From contig JAYWIR010000028.1 in the NCBI GenBank assembly GCA_036172245.1, positions 1,736,001-1,800,000 of the forward strand: DNA of 64,000 nucleotides, written 5' to 3'. Below, piece by piece: positions 1 to 12,800 of the stretch. The notes under the pieces were generated by a model. That model saw only the letters and a program-made list of their open reading frames with translations, was not told the DNA's origin and ran no database searches. Both the position numbers and the translations under genes were made by a program. The stretch's first letter is position 1. Each line of letters opens with the position of its first letter. Source of the stretch: Raillietiella orientalis (taxonomy: Eukaryota).

Positions 1-1189
1 CTTTCTCCAGGGAATTCACAGTTTCCCGGGTTCCTGAAAAGTCCTCTTTGAGGGCACGTTTCAAACTTCTGGGACTCAGCAACAGAACGATTGGCGCAGC
101 AGAGGCTTCCGAGGATCGGCATTGGTTTTTGTTTTCTTCGTGGTAAACTTGAGGAGATCAAAAGGCGGTAAGTTTTGGGAGCAGGACAGATGCCGAGGAA
201 CGTGATTGTGACATGTCGTCCCACGAGAGCCATTCGCCTTCTTTTTTCTTCGCAGTGCAGCCGGAGAATCTCTGGACTACCTCCCCCCCGTCACACAAAT
301 CTATTTTTGTCCATCAGCCCTACTTGACAGGGTTCCTAGTACCATCACACTCCTCACAAAAAAGCATTTTTTCTTCGAAATGGGAGCGCATGACGATCAA
401 ATGCAGATATGCGGAGGAGAAAACATTGAGATATCTCTCGGTTTGCTGAAGCATCGAAGCCATTAGTGCATCTTAGCCTGACTGCTGAGCTTCCTTAACA
501 ACGAAAGGATGGAGGATCCCTTAGCAACGGATGCATACTCGCCTCGCGATAATGACAGATGTTTTGGATGACGTCGTCACCCAGTCACAAAAAGATTTGG
601 GTTGCCATCTAGGATCTACGATAAAAAAGAAGCGCTTTAGAATTTTTTAGAATCAGTTAGGTTACTGTGAGTTCTTGGTATTTTAATCTCCAAGGAAGCA
701 AGATTGGAAAGGGTAAAGAGTTTCGAGATAAGAAATGGTGCAGAAGAATTCGAAGGTGGGAAGCTTGAGTTCAGAAAACCAGGGAGGAATCTGTTCTACA
801 GGATGAGCCACTCGAACCCGGTTCACTTCAAGTCTGACCGTGTTTCTCCGGAAAGTCAGGCTTAAGGCAAACGGTATCAAGCCGCTGATCCCATAGTTTT
901 ACACTGCGTTGCCATCGGCGATGTTGATAGCAAACGCGACCTTGAGATGCTTCATGCCAGTTCACAGAGTGCCTTTTTCCCCCCCCTTTTTTTTTCGGAA
1001 TCTTCATCTTACCCAATCTTGTCCACTCTATTCATTTTCATTAGCAAAAATGCTCCGCTATTTTCTGACTGGCTCTTCCTCATAAGCACCTTTGTGGAGA
1101 CTGAGGTTCGTCTGGATATCCGTATAATCTCTTGCTGAGCAAAGCATTGTGAGTGTGGTTTTTCAAATAGCTCTGTGTTCTTCATAGAA

Positions 1190-1880
1190 AGCAAGAGTAG
1201 GAAGTACCTCGCACCGGAGAAGGAAGATGCTGGACATCAACAATTGGGAATCCATCCGCAAGGTGCGAAGAAGGTTTTGGTGTAAGATGCAGACTTGCGG
1301 TTTCGTTAATCTTCTTGCTACCGAATTTTATTTCAACCTTGAAACTAATCGGGTTCAGTTTTCTTCCAAGAGAATTTCCCGAAGCGCATTCCACTATGGT
1401 TGTTTGTGGACTTGAGCAGCCCATCCTTCGTGAGCACACACTTTTGACACGAAACTCATGAGATAAAACCAACCCCGTGATCCAGGCTAAGCAGCTTATA
1501 ATGGGACCCACCTCACGTCTGACTTTGTGATGAAACACTGCAAAGCATATTTCATACACAACAATGTGGCGCCGCCAACCCATTCCATACACAACAATGT
1601 GGCGCCGCCAACCCATTCCACACACAACAATGTGGCGCCGCCAACCCATTCCACACACAACAATGTGGCGCCGCCAACCCATTCCACACACAACAATGTG
1701 GCGCCGCCAACCCACTTCAAGGTTTGTCTTGGGACGGGCCGTTTTAAAGTCGCTCAGCCTATATCACAAAGTTCGAACTTGTAATCGCCGTATCAAGCGT
1801 GGGGGCTCACGAGGGCATGGGCTGTCCATAACATATACAGCCCTAGTGAAATGGAGGACTGCTTTTTTCCGGGTGCCCTC
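1190..1880 (+). mobile_element. Possible degenerate pogo/Fot1-like (DDE_1) transposase relic
   Basis: Frame-hopping translation gives THLTSDFVMKHCKAYFIHNNVAPPTH followed by RAVLKSLSLYHK. This resembles the DDE_1 block SHxxxxFxxxCxxxxIxxxxLPPHxxHxLQPLDxxxFKxLKxxY. Catalytic Asp residues are not cleanly preserved and no TIRs were found. Confidence 0.35.
1553..1714. repeat. 33-bp tandem repeat, about 4.9 copies
   Basis: Unit CAYACACAACAATGTGGCGCCGCCAACCCATTC starts at 1553, 1586, 1619, 1652 and 1685 (partial). Copies are near-identical with no spacers. Confidence 0.98.
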
Positions 1881-4800
1881 CTCGGTCTGAACTCTTCGTG
1901 AATCCCAAATTATTCTAGATTTTAACTTTCCATCCGCGTGTGACATGTGCACAAGCATATGGAGTTGCTCAGAAAACAACTGGAAATGCCAGAAATGGTA
2001 TGAAATGAGTGAACAAATGTTCTGATCCATCAGAACATTCGAAGGATAGGATGGTCTGGAAGAACCCACGAGAATTGGGTTTCTTGTGAAGAGAAGGTCA
2101 CTGAAAAATCGAACACCACTCACTTTGTTAGACAGTACTTTTCACTTTTACTCCGCATCTGCTCCGCCACCGCATCTGCTGTCAAGGCTGAAGGATATTT
2201 TCTGCGAAAGAAATATGGAGACAATTCCTACGAAGAAAAATGCGGCTGATGACGCTTTTTTCTTGGCTTGAAGAGAGTTTCGAAGCTTCAATCTACACAT
2301 CAATTCGTAAACGTGGTTTTCTTTCTTTAAAAATTTGTTTGCTGATGGTAAGTCATCCATCAAAACCAGAAAACGAACGTGTGCGCACAGCATAGGGCCA
2401 CAAAGTAGCTTATCAGATGCTGCATCTCCATTGCAGATTTCAATTGTAAATTTATTTTTCGGGATTTGGAGATTTGGAAAACGAGCCTAGTTTTACTTTG
2501 GGGCTTTTTCCCGCACTCCCCTATCGAGACTAAAAAAAACTTTCTTATCAAGAAAGAGTCAAAAAAAAAAAAAAAAGAAATTATTCAATTGAAATCTTGG
2601 AGTTGTTTTAAGGATGAACAATCCACCCACGATGGATTCCGTGGCAAGAAAGATTCTAAAGTCACACCAAGAAGTGTACCAAAAACTACCATAGGGAAGT
2701 GCATGTCTGGGAATCCACCGAAGGAACTGTCTTAAGCATGGCTCTTCACAGCCTAGTCACTGAGCCAAATAATCGATACAACCACTGAGCCCCTGAATAT
2801 CTGGAAGCAGAGCGAAAATAGGGAATGCTCTTCTCTCAGGGAAAACGAAAACGTCCCATTTCATCCTCCTGAACTGTGTACTCAAATCCTTAGTGCACAC
2901 ATTACCTTATTTGGAAACACGATTTTTGCTGATCCATCCCGGTTTTGATACTTTTGATGCCTGTCTCATTAGATGAAACACTTCAGCTGTGTTTTGGAAA
3001 AAATCGTTCGAAAATCAGCAAACTTCTTTAAAGATACGGAGTATTAGGCGAAGTTTCCGAGATTCTGCAATTTCATTTTAATGCAAGGACGCCTCAGGAG
3101 ATTGAAATTATTCAGATGAAAGGAGATTATCTCTCGGATGTGGCTCTCCGGTTAATTGGGCTTTTTCCTCGGACTTCTTAGATTTACAATCTCATGAAAC
3201 CAATCAGAAGCCTCATTCCTTGATGGTTCTCGGCATGTAATCCGGGCAAATGCAGAGCTTGTAAGAAGAGAGCGAAAGAGACATCCACATGCATTCTCAG
3301 GACATGAGCCCTCCAGGATGAATCCAAACGTGCCTTTGTGTGGAACTTTCGCCGTTGGCCTTCCAGATTGGCAGGGACCAGGTGAATGCTGGTTCGTTGT
3401 TTGAAACTGGAAGGCATCCTCTGCTCGACAGGCTTCGTAACAGGAGTGCTGCTCACCTGAACTACTGTCTTCCTTTAGAGGAGTTTTTTTTTTTTTTTTT
3501 CCAATTCCGTCCTCGATGTACATGATATCACCACCATCCCTCTTGTTCGACCTTTTTGTGGTTGATTTAGAGTGCTTGTGCTCCTCTACGATTCTTGAGA
3601 CTTGTGACAGATTCTCTTTCCACGATATAACTAGAACACCCACTCGAAGAGGACCTGCAACTCCCATCCGCCTTTGGCAAGAAAGTTGTATCTTACACTA
3701 GAAAAGCAATAGACATTTTTTCTGTAGATCTTAGGGAGCTGTTCTATGTCTCAGTCCTATCAGTGTGCGTTTTTCCCTCTCCAGTCTGATGGGGACTTCC
3801 GATTAACCTCAACTACAGCTTACGGGTCAGTGGAATGGGACTTCCCTGATGCCATGCTCCATTGCTGGCTAAATGCGAAACTCTCAGCAGATCGATATGC
3901 CCAAAGTGCGAACGCAAATATTTCGTCATATTGCACTGCCAGCTCCATGCTTGAAAAAAAACACCAAGGCAGACTAATTCCAGAAGTGGCGACGAACACT
4001 GAGATGAAATCCCCCTAGTCCCAAACTGCCTTGCTGCAGGACTAGAATTGGAACATTTGGTATCCAAGAAGACGTAGAACCGAAAAGGTTCAAAAGCCTC
4101 TGGGTCGACTTTAGCATCCCACGCCAAAGTTTTCCTAGCATTTCTTTGCCCATTTAGGGAAACACTGGGAAAAATAAACAGACTCTCACAAGAATCAAGA
4201 TCGAATGGAGAGATGGACTTGGCGTGGTGGCTGCGGGGTTTCATGTTTTATTATGAATTCGATTCATGGGATCGGCTTTGAAATTATCAAGAGCGTCCAA
4301 AGTATTTAACAGGGAACTGTCTCGAACCAATGTTTTAATGGAGAAGAACGAAGCTATTGTCATGAGTCTTCTATTAGACAGAGCCAGATGACATAGAATC
4401 TCTTTGAAAAGTTGTGGCGCCTTGAGCATGCCAATTCGACATCCAAGCAAGCGGTCCGTCTCAAAGGCTGGAGAGAGATCTTAGAAGAGCTCTTCTGCTT
4501 TGTAATTTTGAATTTGATGTTCGAGAAGAACCTTGGAAGACCTTGGAAGGCGAGACGATGCTTTGGAAGTAAAGGCAGACCCCTAGTCACACGGGACATA
4601 AGTTTTGCGTTAAGCGAATCCGCGTTATACGAGACCTGCAGTTGCACATGGATAGCATAACGTGCTTGCCTTCTTTTGAAACCACCTGGATGTCACCGCA
4701 AAATCAAAATGTCCGCAGGGGCGTACAGGAGTCATTTACAGTGTTATACGGAGGGGACTGCCACCATTTTTTCGTCGCATACTGCGAATCCGTTCGTACG

Positions 4801-6486
4801 GGAGTCTGCCGTAAATTTTGAGGTCATTGAAGGAGCTAAAGTGAGCTAAAATGAGGGGCAATTTTCATCTAGGGAAATGAAGAGGGATCAGTGAAGAGTT
4901 GTCTAAGATCCTACTTTTATGAGAATCTGAAGTTAACACAGAACCTGACTATCTCAAGGTTCAGTCAGGTATCTGTGTAAGGCAGAAGATCTGCCATAAA
5001 CCTTTGTTCGAGTGATACGTCGTTTTTTGCACACGTTGAAGTTGGTTTCTGTGGTTAAAAAGTAAAAGTAGCACGGAAGCACGAGGAAGCTGAGATCGCT
5101 TTTCCGTAGGAAGGAAGATGTGCAAAAGCCGTAAAGTGTGCTGATCATTATGCAAGGTTATTTGGGTATTGTGGATGATGCTGAGGAAGCTAAATGGGCG
5201 GAAAGGAGCTCAATGATCGTTCGGTTTTCAACAATTTCTCGAGTGATCTGAAACATCTGGAAATCTGGAAATCCCACAGTCTGGTGCCATAATTTTTTAT
5301 CCCCGATTCGGAACGGTAACCTCCTTCTAAATTCTGAGCTTCCACCTGCATCACTAGGACATTAGTGCCGACCACGGGAATTCGTTTGAAAATATCTGTA
5401 TTATGAGATCTGTCCTCAGCTTTCTTTAGAATGGGAAACTGGGATCATGAAACTGGATGAAAAAGAGAAACGGAAAGAATAATGGAGGTCCGGAGCGGTA
5501 ACTAGTGGAAATTTGGGGGGACTGCGAGACTTCGAGGAAACCTTGCTGCCGACAGATATTTCGAACGAATGAACATTCACATTTGTTACAGATCAGCCTC
5601 ATGCGGCAAGAACAGATTCCATCTCGAGAAGAACATTACAAATATACAATAAAACAAAATAGATGGACAAAATAGATGACTCCGCCGTATCTCATTTTCT
5701 TGAGCTCGAACCATGTTTAATCTTCATGGGCTAAAAAAGAGAAACTGCTCCTCTCCTGCTATTGTTCCTTGCTGCAGATTAAAGGCATCATCTGGAGGAT
5801 GTCCTGAACGGTGAGTACAGTAGAGTACAGTAAAGTGTAGTACAGTAGATGTCCGTATTTTCCTGGGTACATGAGGCCATTATCGAGTGCTTTGGGATGC
5901 CCAGCTCACGAATGATTCCATCGTTCCGAGGGTCCCCACGATCCTAGCGCACCTACAAGAAATGCACGTACTCGAGCCTGAAGACCTTTTCTCATGAACA
6001 GCAGGGCGATCTCCTAATTTTTTTTTTGTCTTTTTCGATCTTGTGAGGCTGAATCCGTCTTTTCTTACCTTCTTTTCGAAGGCGTAGGAGACTTCGAGTG
6101 TAAACATCCGATTCGTCTTATGCAACATCAGATCCGGTCCTAGGTTGAAACTGGACCTAGGCACAGTCCCTTCGCCACTGCTGATTGCCTTTTGACTGTT
6201 AGCATCGTGCCTAGCTGGGTACAGGAGAGAATGCCTCGTGCAGTGGTCCACAATGTTAGGTAGGGTTTCATCCAAATCTGCGCAGCATCGGCATGATCTG
6301 TCTGCTAGGGGTCTTCTTGACACGCCCTGAATTGGAAGTAGGGCCAGTCTTGAGGCATGGATGAACCGGAAGTTGCAAAGTGTAGATAATCTCCAATTGT
6401 TAAGAAGTAACTGGATGAACGGTTAAATCCAGTTCATGGCATTGTCTTTCCTTGATCTGGTTGTTCGTTGATCACTCCCAACCATG

Positions 6487-8586
6487 GGAGGCTTAGCGGT
6501 CGCAGTCGATCTGCACAAGGCATCCAACTGCGTCAACCAGAAGCTTCTTATGAAGCTTCTGGAACACTTAAGCTTTTCGTCCATATTGTTGGCCTATCTT
6601 CGCGCCAGCTGGCGCCACGAGCTTATTTACATCTCTTTCAGCGGGCATGCGTTGCACGGTGTACCGGTGCGATGCGGCATACGGCATGGCGGCAGTCTGA
6701 GCCCCCTGTTCTTTAGCCATTACTTCGGAATGGTACTGAAAGATAACAGGGACCCTCTGGCTCTCCAACCGTGCGCATGTCCCGGAACGCCTGTCGTCTC
6801 AGCATAAGCGGATGATCTTCTGCTGTTGCTCCCCATGTCCACGCCGGCATGCGCACTCGACGGTTTCTTCGAGCTGTTTAGTCGTGGGACGGGCCTGGTG
6901 GTGAACGAGGCGAAGTCGTCAGTGGTTCGCGTTGGTGTGTAATGGGGAGGACGACAGTGCTGGATCCTCCTGGGGATCCCCACAGACCGGTACTTAAAGT
7001 ACCTGAGCGTTTCGATGGGAGAATTCTGCCCCGCATAAGTCTGGTCTGGTCGTCTTCAGGAAGCACTGCAGGCGCTCAGCTCGTTCCAAAATGACAGGTT
7101 TTGCTTGCAGGAACGGGTCGCGGTGCGGAACATTCCCAAATTGTTCCAGCCCGTTTGTTTTCTCCTTCCAGAACACATCAAGAAACGGAAGGAGGATTTC
7201 CTCAGGATCATCCTTTGGGGCAAAGGGAGGTGTCGATGCCGACTTGAGGACTTATGTGCATGGCATCAGGATGAAAATCTAGGTCTCCTGATGCTGGAGC
7301 TAATGGAGCTTAAGCAACATTTTTGGATAATTGCCTCCTTGGTGACAATGCGGAGCACCACCTGATGCGACCTTGCACTCCTCTCGTCCAGCAAGCCACC
7401 GGCAGAGTAGGACTTACGTCCTTCCTTGCGCACCGTCGCTGCAACATTTCCTAATGAGGACTGCAGCTTCGGTAGGTGGCTACGCTCATCAGGAAGAATA
7501 TCACCTGGATCTGTTGTATTTTCGCGAACGGTAGTGGCTTGGTTGCAACAAACTGTTTGCATGTGAGAGAGAAACCAGGAGCGATTCCCGGAGCACACAC
7601 GTCTCCTGTACGGGCCCGTTCCGAGAAGTCCTCCAAGATCGCGGAAAAAGTGCTTGGGCAGGAAGAACTTTCCTTGTTGTAGCGCTGCCTTCTCTGAGGG
7701 AACATGACAGCATTCCAGCAAGATGGGAGGTATCCAAAGACATCTCTGGAAGCAGAAAAGGACTAGGCAAGTGGACGACGGGTCAGCTTACGGACGCTGA
7801 GACCCCGATGCCCCATCTCGTGAACTTTTGCGCTGAGGCGAGCTACTGGGTATTCCGGAGGAACATCTGTAGTAGTCCCCAGTGCTTTTGGACAGACACA
7901 TCCTCCCCTTAAAGTAACTGGAGTCGGCGTTAGTGCTGCTGCACTAAGGTCTCTCGTGTAACACCCGCCGGCATCACTGGACACGATGGTAGAACTGTGC
8001 CAGGTACGGGGAGCATGGATCCCTCCCTCATTCACCTACTTGTGGATCTTGTTCCTCTCTCCAGCCCCCTCTGGAAATGTTTTACCGCAACCCTAGGAAC
8101 CTCCGGAAGCAACTCCAGGGACGCTTTACGATCCTTCCTTCTACACGATGCCCTTCGGCCAGCAGCCTCACTAGCAGCTCTTTGCGGCTATTGTCGCTAC
8201 CTGGAGCGACGCAAAGTGGGAACCGAGCGGAAGAAATGCCTTTACTTTGCCATCCGATTCATGAGGATTGAAACGAGATGGCCCCAACTGAAGCACTGTA
8301 TGCAGCAAGAACTTGCCAGCATCCTACAATTGCAGAGGACCGCCCCCAGCAGAGGTGATCCATTCCTACATCCTCCCATCCCCCAAATGTATGTGTTTTT
8401 TTTTATTTTTGTTTCTTTTTTTCGTCGGCTTGTCCCCCCCTCTGCTGCCGTAGGGGGCTTCACCTGGCTGAGTACCGGTGACCCGGCAGGCTCCCGTTAA
8501 ATTGCACGCGGTTGGACCAGCGGTCCAACCACAGAGATTATAATTGTTCATTTTTATATGAAATGAACTCTTCGGCGTACTCGGGT
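6487..8586 (+). mobile_element. 5'-truncated Tx1/L1-clade retrotransposon (RT domain to 3' end), degenerate
   Basis: RT motifs AVDLHKASNCV, GIRHGGSLSPLFF and SA*ADD (TAA at 6805-6807 in place of Y). The C-terminal region is shared with other copies and a 3' hairpin lies at 8571-8585. Imperfect TSD GATCACTCCCAACCATG (6470-6486) / GATAATCCAGCCATG (8587-8601). Confidence 0.9.
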
Positions 8587-8882
8587 GATAATCCAGCCAT
8601 GAACGTTCTCTTCGTGCGTTACGCACGGAGCGAACAAACTTCCTCCTCGTGAATGCATCGAAAGTCAGTTGAATTCTGGCTTCTCCATCTACGAAGCTCC
8701 AAGTTGTCGACATGGGATGGGAGCTTCGTCTTCCTGTGGTCCAGCTGTTCTTTGTGTCGCCACTAATCCGGGAGAACTTTCTTGCAGTGTCGCTGGAGAG
8801 GAATGTTTCAAGGTCGTCATCCGAAAGTGATTGTAGAATCCTCTTAAGTACTTCCTCTCGAAGGGATCGCTTAGCAATTTCG

Positions 8883-9621
8883 AGTTTTCTTTTTTTTGGT
8901 TCCCTAAGTGTGCCTCAAGAGCCGGTCGCGTGCCTCGCGGAGCATGTGACCCTTTGAAACAGTTTTGTTTCCACGCCACTCCGCCTGCGGGGTGGCGTGG
9001 AAATTCTTCAGGATAGGGGGCAACCCGGGATGGGGGTCCGCCCTATGAATCCAGGAAGGGCTCGGAGTCCGTTCCTCTAACGCTTGGGAAGGGATTCCCC
9101 CCCGGATGGGGGAGATCGCACCTCCCAGCCTGGTTGTCTCCGAAGGGGAGCCCCGAAGGTAACCTCCTTCCTCATTCTCTCCGGAGGGTCCCCCGGGAGG
9201 GGGTGGTCCTCTCCATTTCATCTTCTCCGGAGGGAACCCGCAAGGGAACCGCTCCTGTTCACTCCTCTGAAGAGAACCCCTAAGGAACGCTTCCGAAACT
9301 CCGTAAAGAGGCGACGACTCGGAGGGTCCCCTCGGTGAGGAGGGTCCGCTCTCCGTTGTACGACCTGAAGGGGAACTCCCCACTCCTTGATTCCTGGAAG
9401 GACCCGAAGGTCGACTCCCATTGTTCCGGCCTTCATCGGGGGCCTCTGGGGCTTTATCCACCGCCGATGCCGCGCCCGAATGTCTCGGCCAACCAGCGCC
9501 ATTGCAGGACAAACTCGGAACCCAACGACGCAGTGGCGTCAGAGTTTCTGCCGGAGTATTCGAACCCGCGTCGCATGGTACCCCACGCGGAAGCCTTAAC
9601 CACAAGGCCTCCGACGCGGGT
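8883..9621 (-). mobile_element. tRNA-derived SINE, full-length copy (about 740 bp)
   Basis: Head GGCCTTGTGGTTAAGGC (A-box/D-arm-like) and GGTTCGAATAC (B-box-like, 9566-9556), with an A-rich tail. 12-bp TSD TTAGCAATTTCG (8871-8882) / TTAGCCATTTCG (9622-9633). Removing it restores the host Utopia reading frame. Confidence 0.85.
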
Positions 9622-9838
9622 TTAGCCATTTCGCTGACCGCGACATCGGAGGATATCAGAAGTTTGAGGCAGCTGTCCATGATGAAGGTGCTTGCTTCAT
9701 CTAACGGTCCTATCAACTCCAGGCATCCCTTCCGATCCCCGTAGGCACATTGGTCCCCACTCTTGGAGGTAGATGCCATATGGTCTTCACGACTCTCTTA
9801 ATCTCCTTATCGACAAGTTCCAATCTCCTTCTGGATGG

Positions 9839-9866
9839 CTTTGATCTTAGCCAAAAGGACGACAAG
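9839..9866 (-). ncRNA. U2: U2 snRNA 5' fragment (pseudogenic) at the 5' junction of the Utopia copy
   Basis: Minus strand reads CTTGTCGTCCTTTTGGCTAAGATCAAAG against the recalled U2 5' sequence CTTCTCGGCCTTTTGGCTAAGATCAA(A)G, with 2 mismatches. Confidence 0.75.
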
Positions 9867-12800
9867 TCTTATGAGAAGGCATCTTCTGCGTCCTTACTTT
9901 AGGGGCTTCCAAGTTCAAATAGCTTTGATGACCTGTTTTGCTCTGAAGATTGGTACGCCGTCTGTATCTGCAATTCTCTAATACCAGAACCACGGCAGAA
10001 TTCATTTAGCTCACGACAAAAATGCACTAACGGCCAGCACGAAAATTCCTTTGGGCATCAGCGGATGGACGCGGGACAGTCAAACACCAGCGCAGAAGCA
10101 GCTTATGTCACTCTGAAAGCAATGCGTTTTTTTCTTTTTCTTTTTAGTGAAAAATGATTATTTTCAACAAAAACTGTTTTTTCTCTTCCTGTTGCCTAGA
10201 GTGACAGCTTTAGATCGCACTATTTCTTCATTCCAAGGAAGCTGAAATCATAATTAAAAAAGATGAACCGGAAACTTCATCCTACTCAGCCGTGGCTGCA
10301 GAGTGAGCCACGATAGAGAGGGGAGAAGAGGGGAGGGGAGAAAAAAAAAAAAATTCATCTCAGCACGTTGTTTCGAATCCTCGAAACTCGGGTCCGAGAT
10401 TCTGGACCGAACAGATACGTGATTTCGACGGCATGTATCATCCTGATCACTTGCAAGTTTCGGCTTCTTAGGAATTTCGATATCCCGTCGTAGCCAACAA
10501 GCCGTGGGCATCAAAGAGGAAGCCCAGGAAAAAGCAAAAACAAATTCTTACGCCTCCGAAATTTTTGAAACGCCTGCCACGCTGATCCTCCATTAGACTG
10601 ATGGGATGTGCATGATGATGACTAAGATGAAGCCAACCTTCTGTTCCGTGATCGATTTTCGAATCCTATTTTGACGTCTCTTAGTCCTCATTCGGTATTC
10701 ACCTTGAATACCGCTGGAGGATCAGAGATGAGGCAGAGAGCTGACTCGTCAGAAAGATGACTGCATAAATTAGAACCTTGCTCCATTTCCTCGCGGGAGC
10801 GTCTTTGGTGTCCGTGGCTTTTATAGAATACGATGAAGTACGTAATCAGTTTATTCAAATGCAAAGTAGACGCGTTCCTCCGTGCTGCTCAGATGAACAG
10901 CCGGAACTGACGAAACAAGCATTCCCTTCTTTTGTTCAGGAAGTTTTCGAGCATCACCTGGCTTTTCCGAAGGATGTTATTACTTTTGCAGATGATAGAT
11001 TTCTTTTCCTTTCCCCCCCCCCCCTTTTCCTCTTTCACGAGTAGATTAACTCGAGCTGGTGTGCACAACTTACCATTAGCGGTAGAATTTCTTTAGCATG
11101 CACCGGTCAAGTCCCGCAGGAAGCTGACTCAACCAGGACTTCGACGGATGTCTAGACACTTTCTCAATCCAGGGCATCGTCTAAGACCTTCCAAAATTGA
11201 ATGAATTCTCGCTGCATCAGTTCCCATCGTCTGCAGGCGAATTAATGGCATCGAGCTGATTTTTTTTTTTTTTTGTTATTCTAGAAATCGAGGTGCAGGT
11301 TTCTGGGTGTGGACACAATAAGCAGCTCTTCTGCTCATCAAGTACAAGAGTGCGCCTTGAAAGGGAAAACTCCTGAAAAGATGTTTCTAAAGAAAGGTGA
11401 TCTTCCGGAATTCCCAGAATTCCGTGGAAGGTTTTTTGGTATGCAGCTGCTGCAACATATGGAACTCGCATCTTGGAAATTTAGCTCCAAACGGACAATT
11501 ACTTCACAACGTGAGCTCACACTGCTTGGTGATAGCCGATGTGATCACTGGAATCGATTTAATCCTCGTTCTTCATCAAGCTGCAAACCGAGCACGATTG
11601 TGCCGACCATTGCATGATGAAGCTGAACGCTGTAGCACATGGAACGATCCGCAGCAGCCAATGACCTCTCTCGCGCACATCCTGCATCGCCTTCAATATC
11701 CTCTCGCAAGTCTGTCAACGCGGACAAATCTCCGATACATAAGGAAGTGTGCCACCGTGATGGAAGATGCAGCTTTGTTCAGAGAGGCCTGGGTTCAACT
11801 GAAGCTTCATTTCCGGAGCGCGGACAACTGGGAAAATGCAAGGGCATCTTGGGATTGAGGTGTTTCTCCTGTTCGATCTTGGCAAACCGTAAGGCACGAA
11901 TGTTGAATTCGGCAGCATTTTTTGAATCTGCCGGAAGATCTGAATACACCTTCTCACCTCACCCATCCCATCTCCTCCATGCCTGTTCATCGTTCGATTG
12001 CCTGGGAGTAGTAGCAGAGGGTTGTTGCAGAACGTCAGTGCTCGAAGAATCGCCTGTTCCTCATTCCTCATCAGCTCACTGGAGATCTCTCTCGCAATAT
12101 GGAGGATGCTATTCACAGTTGTTCTGCATAGAATGGATCCTTGGCAGATTTTCCACAATCTTCCTGCTTAATCGTTTCGCAAAGGGTTTTTCTTTATTGC
12201 ACTTAAAACAAAGGCAAGGCAAATGTCCGTTGTGAGCTGCGGCAAAGTGTGTGTGTGAAGGGGAGGGGGGAGGGAGGCGATTTCTCACTGTCTACTCACT
12301 TTTGCACCTTATTTCATGGGTCTGGTTGCTCGTAGTTAAAATTATTATCCTTTCTGTGTGTCTAGAATTTTCCATTGACGAAACACTCAGATGACTGTGC
12401 TATCAGTTTGACTCCTCCGATTCTGCCTTCACTTTCCACTTCTTCTTTATAGAAGGAAGAGCATAGCCAGCATTATTAAAAGCGACCTATTCGATGTTCC
12501 GGTAGATCTCCAGAGAGCTCTGGACGTTGCTGCCATTTCCTTTTTCGAGTATCCGGTTCGTCTTTATGCGATTTCCAGCTTCCTGAAGACCTGATTGTTT
12601 TCCAAGTTTCACACATTCCATCACAAAGGTTTCTCCTGACTTTGCCTCCGCACTTTCACGCGAGAGCGAGTCGGAGACCACCGCGCAGAGTGTGCCTAAA
12701 CTGACGACTTTAGAAAAACTTCATAAGAGCGGCCGTGCCGGCATCCTGAAAGCGATGGCTTCTCCAAGGAACTTCCCCGCGGTTCCACCCTTGTCCCTCT

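Larger units (their letters stand above)
5617..9838 (-). mobile_element. 5'-truncated Utopia/NeSL-clade non-LTR retrotransposon (RT C-terminus, CCHC, restriction-like endonuclease), split by two nested insertions
   Basis: Minus-strand pieces join across the inserts: DKEIKRVVKTIWHLPPR...KLLISSDVAVSEMAK|RSLREEVLKRI..DDDLETFLSS..GDTKNSW..RRKFVRSVRNARRERSW|..QPDQGKTM..SSYFLTIGDYLHF..RFIHASRLALLPIQG..CRCCADLDETLPNIVDHC..RHD..PDLMLHK..LEVSYAFE. These match recalled Utopia/NeSL ORF motifs. Confidence 0.85.

Noticed and set aside
1553..1714. CRISPR array
   Set aside because: The 33-bp units are contiguous with no unique spacers, there are no cas genes, and the context is eukaryotic.
8904..9779. 291-aa ORF as a gene
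   Set aside because: It is a read-through of Utopia coding sequence into the SINE across the TSD junction.
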